Shown piece by piece: positions 18,099 to 27,311 of a DNA stretch of 55,236 nucleotides; positions within the stretch are counted from its first letter, which is position 1; each line of letters opens with the position of its first letter. The position numbers and the translations under genes are program-made. Source of the DNA: an uncultured Sulfurospirillum sp. (GTDB taxonomy: Bacteria > Campylobacterota > Campylobacteria > Campylobacterales > QNZT01); the NCBI GenBank assembly GCA_964651755.1, contig CAZYZD010000003.1, positions 1-55,236 of the forward strand, read 5' to 3'. The notes below the pieces were generated by a model. It did no database searches. It was not told the DNA's origin and saw only the letters and a list, made by a program, of their open reading frames with translations.

Positions 18099-18787
18099 TT
18101 GATACTATTATATTCGGATACTCTAAAAGTGCGATGGAAATTGCACGCATTCTCACGGAAAAAGAGCACGAATTTGTAATATTGACTACCGATGAAGATC
18201 GTACAAAGATTGCCATTGAAGATGGCTACGATGCACACTGGATTAACTATAATGATGATGAAGAGTTAATTAAATTTGGTATTGGCAAATGGGTAAAAAC
18301 ACTTTTTTGTGTCAGTGCAAACTATAATAAGAATCTATTTATTACGCTTAGTGCCAGAAATCTCGATCCCAAGTTGTATATTCTCTCTCTGAGTGCAGAT
18401 GAAGCAGAAGAGAAAAAGATGATTCTTGCAGGTGCGAATAAAAATATTAATCCTTATACAGTTGGTGCAAATAGAATCTACAGATTGATCAAAAAACCTG
18501 TTGTCTATCATATACTGGATGAGATTTTATATCATAAATCTGATATTAAAATTGCGGAACTTACAGTGCCTGAAAATTCCTATTTGATTGGTTTACCGCT
18601 GCATGGTGCCAATATTGAGGCAGATTATGATTTGATGGTACTGGGGATTCAGGGTGCTAAAGAACGCCAAAGGTTTATATTTCATACCTATAAAATCAGA
18701 AAGAAGATACAGCAGGGAGATATTATTGTGGTGATTGGAAAAGAGAAAGATATCAAGAAATTCAAAAAAGCGATGGTACCGTCATGA
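18095..18787 (+). CDS. Stand-alone TrkA/RCK regulatory protein
   Basis: IIFGYS Rossmann-like start, LSARNLDP..ILAGA, C-terminal TrkA-C (GDIIVVIG). Confidence 0.85.
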   Translation: MIDTIIFGYSKSAMEIARILTEKEHEFVILTTDEDRTKIAIEDGYDAHWINYNDDEELIKFGIGKWVKTLFCVSANYNKNLFITLSARNLDPKLYILSLSADEAEEKKMILAGANKNINPYTVGANRIYRLIKKPVVYHILDEILYHKSDIKIAELTVPENSYLIGLPLHGANIEADYDLMVLGIQGAKERQRFIFHTYKIRKKIQQGDIIVVIGKEKDIKKFKKAMVPS

Positions 18788-19686
18788 AAATAGGAATTAT
18801 AGGTGCGGGAAAGTGGGGGCAGGCACTCGGTTTTGCCTTCTCAAAGAATCATGAAGTCTATTATAGTTCCAGACATAAAAAAGAGCTTCCAAACTTTGTT
18901 TCGATGGAGCAGATTCAGGAATTTGAATATCTTGTTTTTGCGATATCGGCGCAAAATGCACGCTCCTGGCTGGAGGAACATCTTGATTTTAAAGGGCAGA
19001 AATTTCTTGTAGCGTCAAAAGGGATTGAAATTACAACCGGAAAATTCCTCAATGAAGTATTTGAAGAGTTTATTCCCCCGGAAAATCTAGCCTTCATATC
19101 GGGACCCTCTTTTGCGGCTGAAGTGATGCAGTCACTGCCTACTGCTATAGTAGTCAGCTCCACTAACCGCATACTTGCACAGAGATACGCTTCATTTTTC
19201 CCGGATTTTATGAAGAGTTATATCTCCGATGATACAATAGGTGCAGAAGTGAGCGGTGCCTATAAAAATATTATTGCCATTGCCAGCGGTATTTGTGACG
19301 GCTTGCAGCTTGGAAACAATGCCAGAGCTTCTCTGATTGCAAGAGGGTTGGTCGAGATGACCCGTTTCGGTGAGTTTTACGGTGCGAAAAAAGATACGTT
19401 TCTTGGACTCAGCGGGGCAGGCGATCTCTTTTTGACAGCTACAAGTGTATTGTCAAGAAATTACCGTGTCGGACTTGGATTGGCCAAGAACAGACCACTT
19501 GCAGAAATACTCGATGCACTTGGTGAAGTTGCCGAGGGTGTTTACACCACTGAAGCAGTCTATAAAATAGTGCAGAAAAAAAATATCTATACACCGATTG
19601 CAAATGAGATATATCATATTTTAGAGGGTAAAGATGTACATGAAAGCCTGAGAGATCTGTTAAACAGCAGCAGCTTTCGCCACTAA
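18784..19686 (+). CDS. gpsA: NAD(P)H-dependent glycerol-3-phosphate dehydrogenase
   Basis: GAGKWG, SKGIE, SGPSFAAEV, GAGDLFLT and SRNYRVG motifs. Confidence 0.97.
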   Translation: MKIGIIGAGKWGQALGFAFSKNHEVYYSSRHKKELPNFVSMEQIQEFEYLVFAISAQNARSWLEEHLDFKGQKFLVASKGIEITTGKFLNEVFEEFIPPENLAFISGPSFAAEVMQSLPTAIVVSSTNRILAQRYASFFPDFMKSYISDDTIGAEVSGAYKNIIAIASGICDGLQLGNNARASLIARGLVEMTRFGEFYGAKKDTFLGLSGAGDLFLTATSVLSRNYRVGLGLAKNRPLAEILDALGEVAEGVYTTEAVYKIVQKKNIYTPIANEIYHILEGKDVHESLRDLLNSSSFRH

Positions 19687-19774
19687 GATTGTGAATGTAG
19701 CAGTGTTATCGGGGCTGTTTTGATTATTTTTATCTTTTTGTCTCTCTTTAGTGTACATTTCATCAAAATTTAGG

Positions 19775-19780
19775 TATAAT
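19775..19780 (+). promoter_or_regulatory. -10 box TATAAT followed by GC-rich discriminator CGCGCAC
   Basis: GGTATAATCGCGCAC lies about 215 nt upstream of the helicase start. Confidence 0.6.
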
Positions 19781-19786
19781 CGCGCA

Positions 19787-19968
19787 CTTCTAAGATACGA
19801 CTTCACTGCCTGGGTACTTTTCACGAAAAAAACTATCTGGGATACTTTGGTATTTTAGAGGAAATAAAACTATTTTATACGCTATTTGGGATAATAGAGA
19901 AAAGCGACATACTGCGCGTCTCGATAACGGAGAACCAGGTAACTTGAAGTTTTGGGCTTAGCCCGAAA
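19787..19968 (+). ncRNA. Candidate structured RNA (6S-like rod or cis-regulatory 5' leader of the DEAD-box helicase)
   Basis: Nested complementary blocks CTAAG/CTTAG, GACTTCA/TGAAGTT, GCCTGG/CCAGGT and CTTTTC/GAAAAG; no convincing ORF. Identity not established. Confidence 0.45.
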
Positions 19969-19996
19969 AAGCATATGAAACATACAAAGAAGATTT

Positions 19997-21454
19997 ATGA
20001 CATTTAAAGATTTTAATTTTAAACCAGAATTGCAGCGTGCTATTGACGATGCCGGATTTAAAGAACCAAGCCCTGTGCAGGAAGAGGCGATTCCTATCAT
20101 ACTTGAAGGAAAAGATATCGTTGGACAAGCCCATACAGGAACAGGAAAAACAGCAGCTTTTGGTCTACCTATTTTAAATATGATGGAGTGTAACGGCAGC
20201 GTTGAAACAGTTGTGATTGTACCTACCAGAGAACTCGCCACACAAGTGAGTGATGAGCTTTACCGTTTTGGAAAATATCTCGGTATCAATACAGCGACTG
20301 TATATGGAGGAAGCTCTTACCAGCGACAAATCAAACATATCAGCAATGCAGGTGTGATTGTTGCAACTCCGGGAAGATTTCTGGACCTTCTCTCCAACGG
20401 ACAAATCAATATTTCACCCAAATTCGTGGTACTCGATGAAGCGGATGAGATGCTTGATATGGGTTTTTTAGATGATATCAAAGAGATTTTTACCTACTTT
20501 GAAGCTCCGAAACAGACATTGATGTTTTCAGCGACAATGCCTCCTGCGATTAAAGAACTGGCAAAGACGATCCTTTACAGACCGGAATTTGTCACCATTA
20601 CCAAAAGCAATGTCACCAATGATAAAATCAAACAAAACTATTATGTAGTCAGAGAGAGCGAGCGTGATGATGCATTGGTGCGTTTACTTGATTTCAAAGA
20701 CCCTGATAAAGCGATTGTTTTTTGCCGTACAAAAAAAGAGGTAGATCGTCTCAGCGGTTTTCTCTCTTCCAAAGGGTATATGGCAAAAGGGCTGCACGGC
20801 GATATGGAACAGCGTCAGAGAGAAGAGGTTATCAAAGCATTCAAACGTGATCATCTTGAGATTTTGATTGCGACCGATGTTGCGGCACGTGGACTTGATG
20901 TGAGCAATGTTACACATGTTTTCAATTATCATATTCCGTTTGATTCTGAAAGTTATGTACATAGAATCGGAAGAACGGGACGTGCAGGTAAAGAGGGGAT
21001 TGCTATTTCAATCGTTACTCCTCATGAATTCAACTCACTGAAGAAAATTCAGAAAAATGTCGGTTCACAGCTGGAGTCGAAAGTGATTCCTACTATTGCA
21101 GATGTTCAGATGCGTCAAAAAGATGCACTTAAAGAGAAAGTTGCTTCCCAGGAGATTTCGGAAGTTGCCAGAGCTTTTGTGGAAGAGTTGCAAAAAGAGT
21201 ATGTGGATGAAGATATTGCATTGAAACTTGCCTCTTTGATGTACAAATCCAACGATATTGAAGGATCTGACAAAATCGGTATGACAACGGGAGAAGTACA
21301 AAAACTTTTTTCACGTTTTGAAAACGATGAACAGCAAAAAAGAGGTTCAAAAAAACGTAACAGGGGTTACAATAACCGTGGTCGCAATAAAAGAAGACGT
21401 GACGAAGAGGGCGGTCGCGGGAACAGAAATAGAAACAACAACAGAAGGAGATAA
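19997..21454 (+). CDS. DEAD-box RNA helicase (CshA/DeaD-like)
   Basis: Q-motif, GTGKT, PTRELA, DEAD, SAT and HRIGRTGRAG; Arg/Asn-rich tail. Confidence 0.96.
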   Translation: MTFKDFNFKPELQRAIDDAGFKEPSPVQEEAIPIILEGKDIVGQAHTGTGKTAAFGLPILNMMECNGSVETVVIVPTRELATQVSDELYRFGKYLGINTATVYGGSSYQRQIKHISNAGVIVATPGRFLDLLSNGQINISPKFVVLDEADEMLDMGFLDDIKEIFTYFEAPKQTLMFSATMPPAIKELAKTILYRPEFVTITKSNVTNDKIKQNYYVVRESERDDALVRLLDFKDPDKAIVFCRTKKEVDRLSGFLSSKGYMAKGLHGDMEQRQREEVIKAFKRDHLEILIATDVAARGLDVSNVTHVFNYHIPFDSESYVHRIGRTGRAGKEGIAISIVTPHEFNSLKKIQKNVGSQLESKVIPTIADVQMRQKDALKEKVASQEISEVARAFVEELQKEYVDEDIALKLASLMYKSNDIEGSDKIGMTTGEVQKLFSRFENDEQQKRGSKKRNRGYNNRGRNKRRRDEEGGRGNRNRNNNRRR

Positions 21455-21457
21455 TAT

Positions 21458-22666
21458 ATGGCAATAGATACAATAGAGTCGTCTGAAGATTTTGTAAAGT
21501 TTGTGGAAGCATTTAAAGAGAGTGACCGTTACAGAGAACCGGTTGCTTTTGGTATTGCAAGAGTGGATCGCGGACAAAAAAACAGTGAAAAGATACTGCA
21601 GGCAACATACCCGACTATCAACTGGAAAGAAAATTACGGTTCTGCGGCTGTTTTTATGGCGGCGCTTGAAGAGAGCGGTGTGGAAGTAGAGAAATCTGAA
21701 AGTGAATTTGTTGCTCCGATTTCCCGTGAATTCATTGAAAACGCAATGGCTCTTTTTACACCATACCTCTCTGAAGCGACAGGTACAGCACATAAAAATG
21801 TTCAGGTGATAAAAGCAATAAATGAGTTGTTCGTATCCAATGTGGTAGATGATACGCATGCTTTTAAAGTTGTCTTTCTTTTTGAAGATGAGGCTCCTAA
21901 GTCTGTAGAGAGTGTTTATCTGAAACTTTATGCACTCTCAACCGGTAAAGCGGAACTTAGAAGTGTAAATCTCAATGGTGCATTTGGTATTTTGGAAAAT
22001 GTTGCGTGGAGCGGTAATATGCCGATAGAGCTTGACTGGCTCAGAGAGAATGAGATCAGTTTGAAAGTGGATGGAATGTATCCCGAAATCACCAGTGTAG
22101 ATAAATTTCCACGTTATTTGCAGCATATTATTCCTGCTGACAATACAAGAATTCTTGACAGTTCAAAAGTTCGGATGGGTGCACAGCTTCACCCCGGTAC
22201 AACTGTAATGCCTGGTGCAAGTTATATCAACTTTAATGCCGGAACAACTGGTCCTGTAATGGTTGAGGGGCGTATAAGCTCTTCTGCTGTAGTGGGAAGC
22301 GGCAGTGATGTCGGAGGTGGTGCAAGTATTCTTGGTGTGCTCAGCGGTACGGATGGTAATCCTATTACTGTTGGTAAAAATACACTGCTTGGAGCAAACT
22401 CTGTAACAGGTATTCCACTTGGAGACGGTTGTATCATTGATGCTGGTGTGGCGATTCTGGCAGGTACAAAAGTATTGATCGATACAGATGAATTCTTAAA
22501 AATCAAAGAAGCAAATCCTGAATGGGATGCTGAAGATACAGATGTATTCAAAGGTGCTAAACTGGCTGGTTTGAATGGTGTACATTTCAGACAGGATAGT
22601 ATCTCAGGTGAGATAAAAGCATTCAGAAGTACAAGAGAGGTAAAACTCAACGAAGAGTTACACTAA
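21458..22666 (+). CDS. dapD: Tetrahydrodipicolinate N-succinyltransferase (epsilon type)
   Basis: VDKFPRYL, INFNAGT, EGRISS and GGGASILGVLSG hexapeptide region. Confidence 0.95.
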   Translation: MAIDTIESSEDFVKFVEAFKESDRYREPVAFGIARVDRGQKNSEKILQATYPTINWKENYGSAAVFMAALEESGVEVEKSESEFVAPISREFIENAMALFTPYLSEATGTAHKNVQVIKAINELFVSNVVDDTHAFKVVFLFEDEAPKSVESVYLKLYALSTGKAELRSVNLNGAFGILENVAWSGNMPIELDWLRENEISLKVDGMYPEITSVDKFPRYLQHIIPADNTRILDSSKVRMGAQLHPGTTVMPGASYINFNAGTTGPVMVEGRISSSAVVGSGSDVGGGASILGVLSGTDGNPITVGKNTLLGANSVTGIPLGDGCIIDAGVAILAGTKVLIDTDEFLKIKEANPEWDAEDTDVFKGAKLAGLNGVHFRQDSISGEIKAFRSTREVKLNEELH

Positions 22667-22691
22667 TAACCGGATTACCGGATGGGTTTAA

Positions 22692-23432
22692 TTACCCGTC
22701 TGCCGGTTTATGTTTTTTGACAGAAACCACAAAAGGTTTCTCATATTTATGCATAGTCTTTCTTTGCATTACTTTTCGCAGGCTGGTACGCATCGATTTG
22801 ATGATGGCACCTGCCTTTGCTTTTGCTACAGGATAACCCCATTTCGATCCATCTACCAGATGAAACATGATTTTATTGTCTTCATAATTGATATACATAA
22901 TATTGTAATAGTATATTTCAAATATATCGGCACAGGTATCTTTTTTGGTTCTGACTTTACGAAATCCCTTTTTTACAACCTTGACGTCATCTTTGACAAG
23001 ATGGTATTTTGCACAATTGCTGTAAAAGGTGATTGAATCGGGACAAAGGTAGATAAAATTGATTTCAAATGCCATAGGCGCTCTGGTTTTGAGATTAAAG
23101 TAATCTCCATACTTTTTATAGAATGGACAATGGTCTTTGGGAGAGGGGAGAGATATGATCTCTACATCCTTACAATCGACTTTCGTCTGTTTGATACCTT
23201 TCTCTTTTAATACCTTGAAAAATTCATCTTTATATTTTTGAGAATATTTCCAGAAAAAAATTGTTGAAACTACGATAAAAAGTATCACCCCGACAGTAAA
23301 AGCGATAATAGACCATGATTGTGCATCAATATAAAGACCGACAGCTAACACAAGCGGTACAAGAGAGAAGAGAGTTTCTACACAGTAACATCCTGTGTAG
23401 AGCATTACTTTTTCAAGAAATGATTTTTCCAC
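22692..23432 (-). CDS. Hypothetical two-TM protein with a Cys-containing soluble domain
   Basis: 246-aa ORF co-oriented with the radA run; two hydrophobic helices; no family recognised. Confidence 0.65.
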   Translation of the reverse strand: MEKSFLEKVMLYTGCYCVETLFSLVPLVLAVGLYIDAQSWSIIAFTVGVILFIVVSTIFFWKYSQKYKDEFFKVLKEKGIKQTKVDCKDVEIISLPSPKDHCPFYKKYGDYFNLKTRAPMAFEINFIYLCPDSITFYSNCAKYHLVKDDVKVVKKGFRKVRTKKDTCADIFEIYYYNIMYINYEDNKIMFHLVDGSKWGYPVAKAKAGAIIKSMRTSLRKVMQRKTMHKYEKPFVVSVKKHKPADG

Positions 23433-23444
23433 GCTTTAAAATAT

Positions 23445-23726
23445 CTATCCAAGTTCACAATGGTCTACACCGAGCACTTTGATCAACTCTTCAAAAAATG
23501 CACCGGAAACCTTGTCGTAATCATCATGAAACTCCAGGCAGAAGTCACCGTTGAAGTCACCTTTGGGCGAAATAATTTTGGTAGGATAAACTTTATATTT
23601 TTTTATTAGTTCATTGGCCGCATTGAAAATCTTCTCTTTTTGTTCGAGCGTATGATACTCAAGCACCAATCGGCTGTAACGCTCTTCCATTTCATGATAG
23701 GCTTTAATACAAGCTGGTTTTGACAT
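23445..23726 (-). CDS. Hypothetical protein (93 aa)
   Basis: AAGGA SD before the ATG; tightly packed downstream of radA. Confidence 0.75.
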   Translation of the reverse strand: MSKPACIKAYHEMEERYSRLVLEYHTLEQKEKIFNAANELIKKYKVYPTKIISPKGDFNGDFCLEFHDDYDKVSGAFFEELIKVLGVDHCELG

Positions 23727-23735
23727 TTTATTCCT

Positions 23736-25085
23736 TTACATCCAGTCAATCAGTTTTGATACCTCTGTAGCTTCAAAACATTTGATATTTTCTATAGTTT
23801 CAAGAGGTAATTTTGGCACAATTGCCCTTTTGAATCCCTGAGTTTTAGCTTCCCTGAGACGAATATCGAGATTGTAAATATCTCGGATATCGCCGATGAG
23901 CGAAACTTCTCCGATAAAGATTGTATCTTTACTGATAGCCCTGTCCCGAAAACTGCTGATAATAGCTGCAATGATGGCAAGATCGGCAGCTGTTTCACCC
24001 ACTTTGATACCTCCGGCGATATTGATAAAGACATCGTACTCATTCAGGGGTAAGTCAAGTTTACGCTCTAAAAGCGCTAGCAGCATAGTCAAACGGTTAA
24101 GTTCATATCCGGTTGCGCTGCGTTTGGGAGTAGGGTAGCCGCTTTGTGCAACGAGTGCTTCTACTTCAAGTACAATAGGACGGCTTCCCTCCATCAAAAC
24201 GGTAATTGCCGATCCGATGCTGGCATCGCCTCGCGTAAAGAACTTTTTCGATATATTTTTGGCGCTGACAAGCCCCTCTTTACTCATCTCAAAAATAGCT
24301 ACTTCACTGGTTGAACCAAAGCGGTTTTTGATACCGCGCAGCATGCGCAGTTCTCTGTTCGCATCACCTTCGAAGTAGAGCACTGTATCGACCATATGTT
24401 CCAAAACCCTCGGACCTGCTATCGATCCCTCTTTGGTGATATGCCCGATAATGAAAATTGCAACATCATGCTCTTTACCGTAACGCATTAATTCAAATGT
24501 AATCTCTCTGACTTGAGAGACACTACCCGGTGCAGAAGTCACTTTTTCCGAATAGAGTGTCTGAATGGAGTCTACAATCAAGACTTCAAAATCCTCTTTA
24601 TAGAGTTCGCCAAAGACATCTTCAAGTTTGATTTCTGAAAGAAGATAAAGTTTCTCTTCGTTTGCATCAAGACGGTTGGCACGTATTTTAATCTGTCCTA
24701 GTGACTCTTCGCCGCTGACATAAAGTACTTTTTTACCGCTTTTGGCAAGATTTCCACCAATTTTCAGCAGCAGTGTAGATTTGCCCACACCGGGACTTCC
24801 GCCAATAAGTGTCAGTGATCCCGGAACAATACCGCCTCCAAGTACAAGATCAAGTTCTGAATCGTTGGAAGAGAAACGGGTATGTTTCTCCTCTTTAATT
24901 TGGGTAATGGGAAGCGCCCTGTTTGTGGAAGTGGATTTGGAAGAGGTGTTTTTAAGTACTTCCTGTTGCTGTGCATTGAGTTCAAGAAACTCATCCCAGG
25001 CACCGCAGTTGGGACATTTGCCAAGCCATTTACCGCTTTGATAGCCGCAAGCCTGACATTCAAAAAGCTGTTTTTTTTTCGCCAA
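23736..25085 (-). CDS. radA: DNA repair protein RadA/Sms
   Basis: C4 zinc finger, GSPGVGKST, KNRFG, Lon-like C-terminus. Confidence 0.98.
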   Translation of the reverse strand: MAKKKQLFECQACGYQSGKWLGKCPNCGAWDEFLELNAQQQEVLKNTSSKSTSTNRALPITQIKEEKHTRFSSNDSELDLVLGGGIVPGSLTLIGGSPGVGKSTLLLKIGGNLAKSGKKVLYVSGEESLGQIKIRANRLDANEEKLYLLSEIKLEDVFGELYKEDFEVLIVDSIQTLYSEKVTSAPGSVSQVREITFELMRYGKEHDVAIFIIGHITKEGSIAGPRVLEHMVDTVLYFEGDANRELRMLRGIKNRFGSTSEVAIFEMSKEGLVSAKNISKKFFTRGDASIGSAITVLMEGSRPIVLEVEALVAQSGYPTPKRSATGYELNRLTMLLALLERKLDLPLNEYDVFINIAGGIKVGETAADLAIIAAIISSFRDRAISKDTIFIGEVSLIGDIRDIYNLDIRLREAKTQGFKRAIVPKLPLETIENIKCFEATEVSKLIDWM

Positions 25086-25095
25086 TTGTTACCTT

Positions 25096-25962
25096 TTACT
25101 CTTCTGTAAAGATTTCATCGAGCAGAGCATCTACAAATTTCTCTTTCTCAAAAGGAACAAGATTGGCTTTTCCCTCTCCCACACCCAGATAGAGAATCGG
25201 TTTTTGAATCTCTTTTGCGATAGAAAAGATAGCGCCCCCTTTTGCCGTGCCGTCAAGTTTGGTGACAATCAGGGCATCGATGCCGATCATGTTGTTAAAG
25301 GCATGTGCCTGGGCAATAGCGGAATTACCCTGTGTTCCGTCAAGAATCAAAGTTTTACGGTCAGGTGCACCACTTTTTGCTTTGTCACAGATACGTACTA
25401 TTTTCTGCAACTCTTTTGCCAGATTGGACTGGGTGTGCAGACGTCCTGCCGTATCGATAATGACATAGTCAATCCCTTTTGCTTTGGCAGAACTGATGGT
25501 ATCAAATGCTACCGCTGAAGGATCATGACCCTGCTTAGTCGCAACGATAGGCACATCAATGCGTTCAGCCCATTTTTTCAGCTGCTCAATTGCAGCAGCC
25601 CTGAAAGTATCTGCTGCACCAAGCATTACACTTTCGCCTGCTGTTTTGTGTAAAAAAGCAAGTTTTCCGATGGTAGTTGTTTTACCCGCACCGTTGACGC
25701 CGAAAATCAATTCAACAAAAGGCTTTTCAATATTTTTCTTCTCCTGCAGTGGTTCTATAAAATAACTCAGCAGTACCTTCCGAAGCGGTTCGCGTTTGAC
25801 TTGATTGGATGGGGGCAGGTAGTAGATAATCTCTTCTACTGTTTCATAAGCCACATCAGCTTCAAGTAAAATCTCTTCAAGTAACTCTTTGGATATGGTG
25901 CTCTCTTTTTTGGGCGCAACACTGCGAATAACTTCGGCTGTTTTTTTAAAAAAACCAAACAT
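25096..25962 (-). CDS. ftsY: SRP receptor FtsY
   Basis: GVNGAGKTTT, DTFRAAA, DTAGR and TKLDGTAKGG motifs. Confidence 0.98.
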   Translation of the reverse strand: MFGFFKKTAEVIRSVAPKKESTISKELLEEILLEADVAYETVEEIIYYLPPSNQVKREPLRKVLLSYFIEPLQEKKNIEKPFVELIFGVNGAGKTTTIGKLAFLHKTAGESVMLGAADTFRAAAIEQLKKWAERIDVPIVATKQGHDPSAVAFDTISSAKAKGIDYVIIDTAGRLHTQSNLAKELQKIVRICDKAKSGAPDRKTLILDGTQGNSAIAQAHAFNNMIGIDALIVTKLDGTAKGGAIFSIAKEIQKPILYLGVGEGKANLVPFEKEKFVDALLDEIFTEE

Positions 25963-25965
25963 TGT

Positions 25966-26559
25966 CTACTTCTTTGTCAACGCCCGCTGGATATCTGCTT
26001 CGATCATCTCCTGCGGCGCTGCACCCACATAATGGGTAAAATAGTCTCCGTTGGTATCGTACATTACCATTGTCGGCAGACTGCGAATACCGCCCAAAGC
26101 ATCGGAGAGGGCGAAATTTTGGGGTGAATTTGCTACCGGGAAATTGATACCGAACTCTTGTTCGAATTTTTGAATTTCCAGGTCATCTTTATTCTCTTCC
26201 ATCAAAATGCCGATAATCTGTACTTTTCCTTTGTAAGCATTTTGAATATCTGCAAGATGCGGTATTTCCGCGCGGCATGGCGGGCACCATGTGGCAAAGA
26301 AGTCCAAAATAACAACCTTTCCTTCGTATCCCTTGAAAATAATCCCTTTTGGTGTTGCAACAAGTAAAATATCTTCTCCCCCTGTGGTATGAAGCGTAAT
26401 AGTACTGGGACCTTCCTCTTTCTCTTTTTCTTTCTGGGAAGTAACCTCTTTTGCCGCCTTTGTCTCTTCTGTCTGTTGGTTACTCTGCTTTTTTCGCTCA
26501 CAACCTGTTAAAAAAAGCAGTGAAGCCAAAAGTGTCAAGATGATAAATTTGTAAAACAT
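25966..26559 (-). CDS. TlpA-family thiol:disulfide oxidoreductase lipoprotein
   Basis: True start MFYKF at 26559 after TAAGGA; lipobox LTGC; FFATWCPPC. Confidence 0.9.
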   Translation of the reverse strand: MFYKFIILTLLASLLFLTGCERKKQSNQQTEETKAAKEVTSQKEKEKEEGPSTITLHTTGGEDILLVATPKGIIFKGYEGKVVILDFFATWCPPCRAEIPHLADIQNAYKGKVQIIGILMEENKDDLEIQKFEQEFGINFPVANSPQNFALSDALGGIRSLPTMVMYDTNGDYFTHYVGAAPQEMIEADIQRALTKK

Positions 26560-26678
26560 GTCGATCCTTAATCTGGTAAGATATATAATGAAAACAAAAC
26601 TTGAAATGCAGTACCGTACTGCAGAAAAGTCAAGTTTTGTGAAATAAAAGCAAATTATAGTAGACTGGGACTTATATT

Positions 26679-27311
26679 TTGGATAAAAAAACTTTTCGTA
26701 AGCGTTGTTTGGAGAAATTGCGGCGCAAACAGAACGCTTCGACACTTGCGCTGGACAAAAAAATAGCCGGCCGCGTCGAGGCAATTATCGAGGAGAAGAA
26801 ACCGTCGTCGGTTCTTTTCTATTTGCCTATGTCAGTTGAAGCTGATTTAAGAAAACTGATGCAGAAAGGGCGAAAAAAATATAAGATATTTGTTCCTTTT
26901 ATAGTGAAAGAAAGTTTCAAGATGGTAAAATATCGTTTGCCTTTGAGACGGAATATTTATCAAATTTATGAACCGCCGCAAAGCCACTTGAAGATAAAAG
27001 ATGTAGATATGATTATCGTACCGGTCGTAGGGGTTGACGGTATGTGTAAAAGAGTGGGTTTTGGCAAAGGTATGTATGACAGATACTTTCAAAAACTAAA
27101 AAAACCACCTGTTGTAATTTTTGTACAACGGGTACAATGCGCCACTAAAGAGATTGTAACAGATAGCTTTGATGTGATGGCGGATTTTTATATTACCCCT
27201 AAAGAGACTTTATACAGAGGTAGAAACTATGATAACAGAGATCGCAATCGCGCTTGCAGGCGTACTCGCAGGTGCGGGCGTTACTGCGCTGGTTACAAAA
27301 AGAGGACATAA
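26679..27311 (+). CDS. 5-formyltetrahydrofolate cyclo-ligase
   Basis: KKTFRK start, IYEP, VPVVGVD..KRVGFGKGMYDR; located upstream of rny. Confidence 0.9.
   Translation: MDKKTFRKRCLEKLRRKQNASTLALDKKIAGRVEAIIEEKKPSSVLFYLPMSVEADLRKLMQKGRKKYKIFVPFIVKESFKMVKYRLPLRRNIYQIYEPPQSHLKIKDVDMIIVPVVGVDGMCKRVGFGKGMYDRYFQKLKKPPVVIFVQRVQCATKEIVTDSFDVMADFYITPKETLYRGRNYDNRDRNRACRRTRRCGRYCAGYKKRT

Noticed and set aside
19882-20241. 119-aa minus-strand ORF over the helicase start
   Set aside because: Common antisense shadow of DEAD-box motif I; no independent support.
22669-22690. CCGG-ATTA-CCGG as a terminator between dapD and the convergent gene
   Set aside because: The stem is only 4 bp with no clear U-tract.
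25071-25079. A/T homopolymer runs as phase-variation tracts
   Set aside because: In-frame Lys codons in an AT-rich genome; no long poly-G/C tracts were seen in the window.
26560-26784. N-terminal extension of the TlpA ORF, or a 6S RNA upstream of the cyclo-ligase
   Set aside because: The SD and lipoprotein signal place the start at 26559. The remaining ~120-nt gap is too short and unstructured for 6S RNA.
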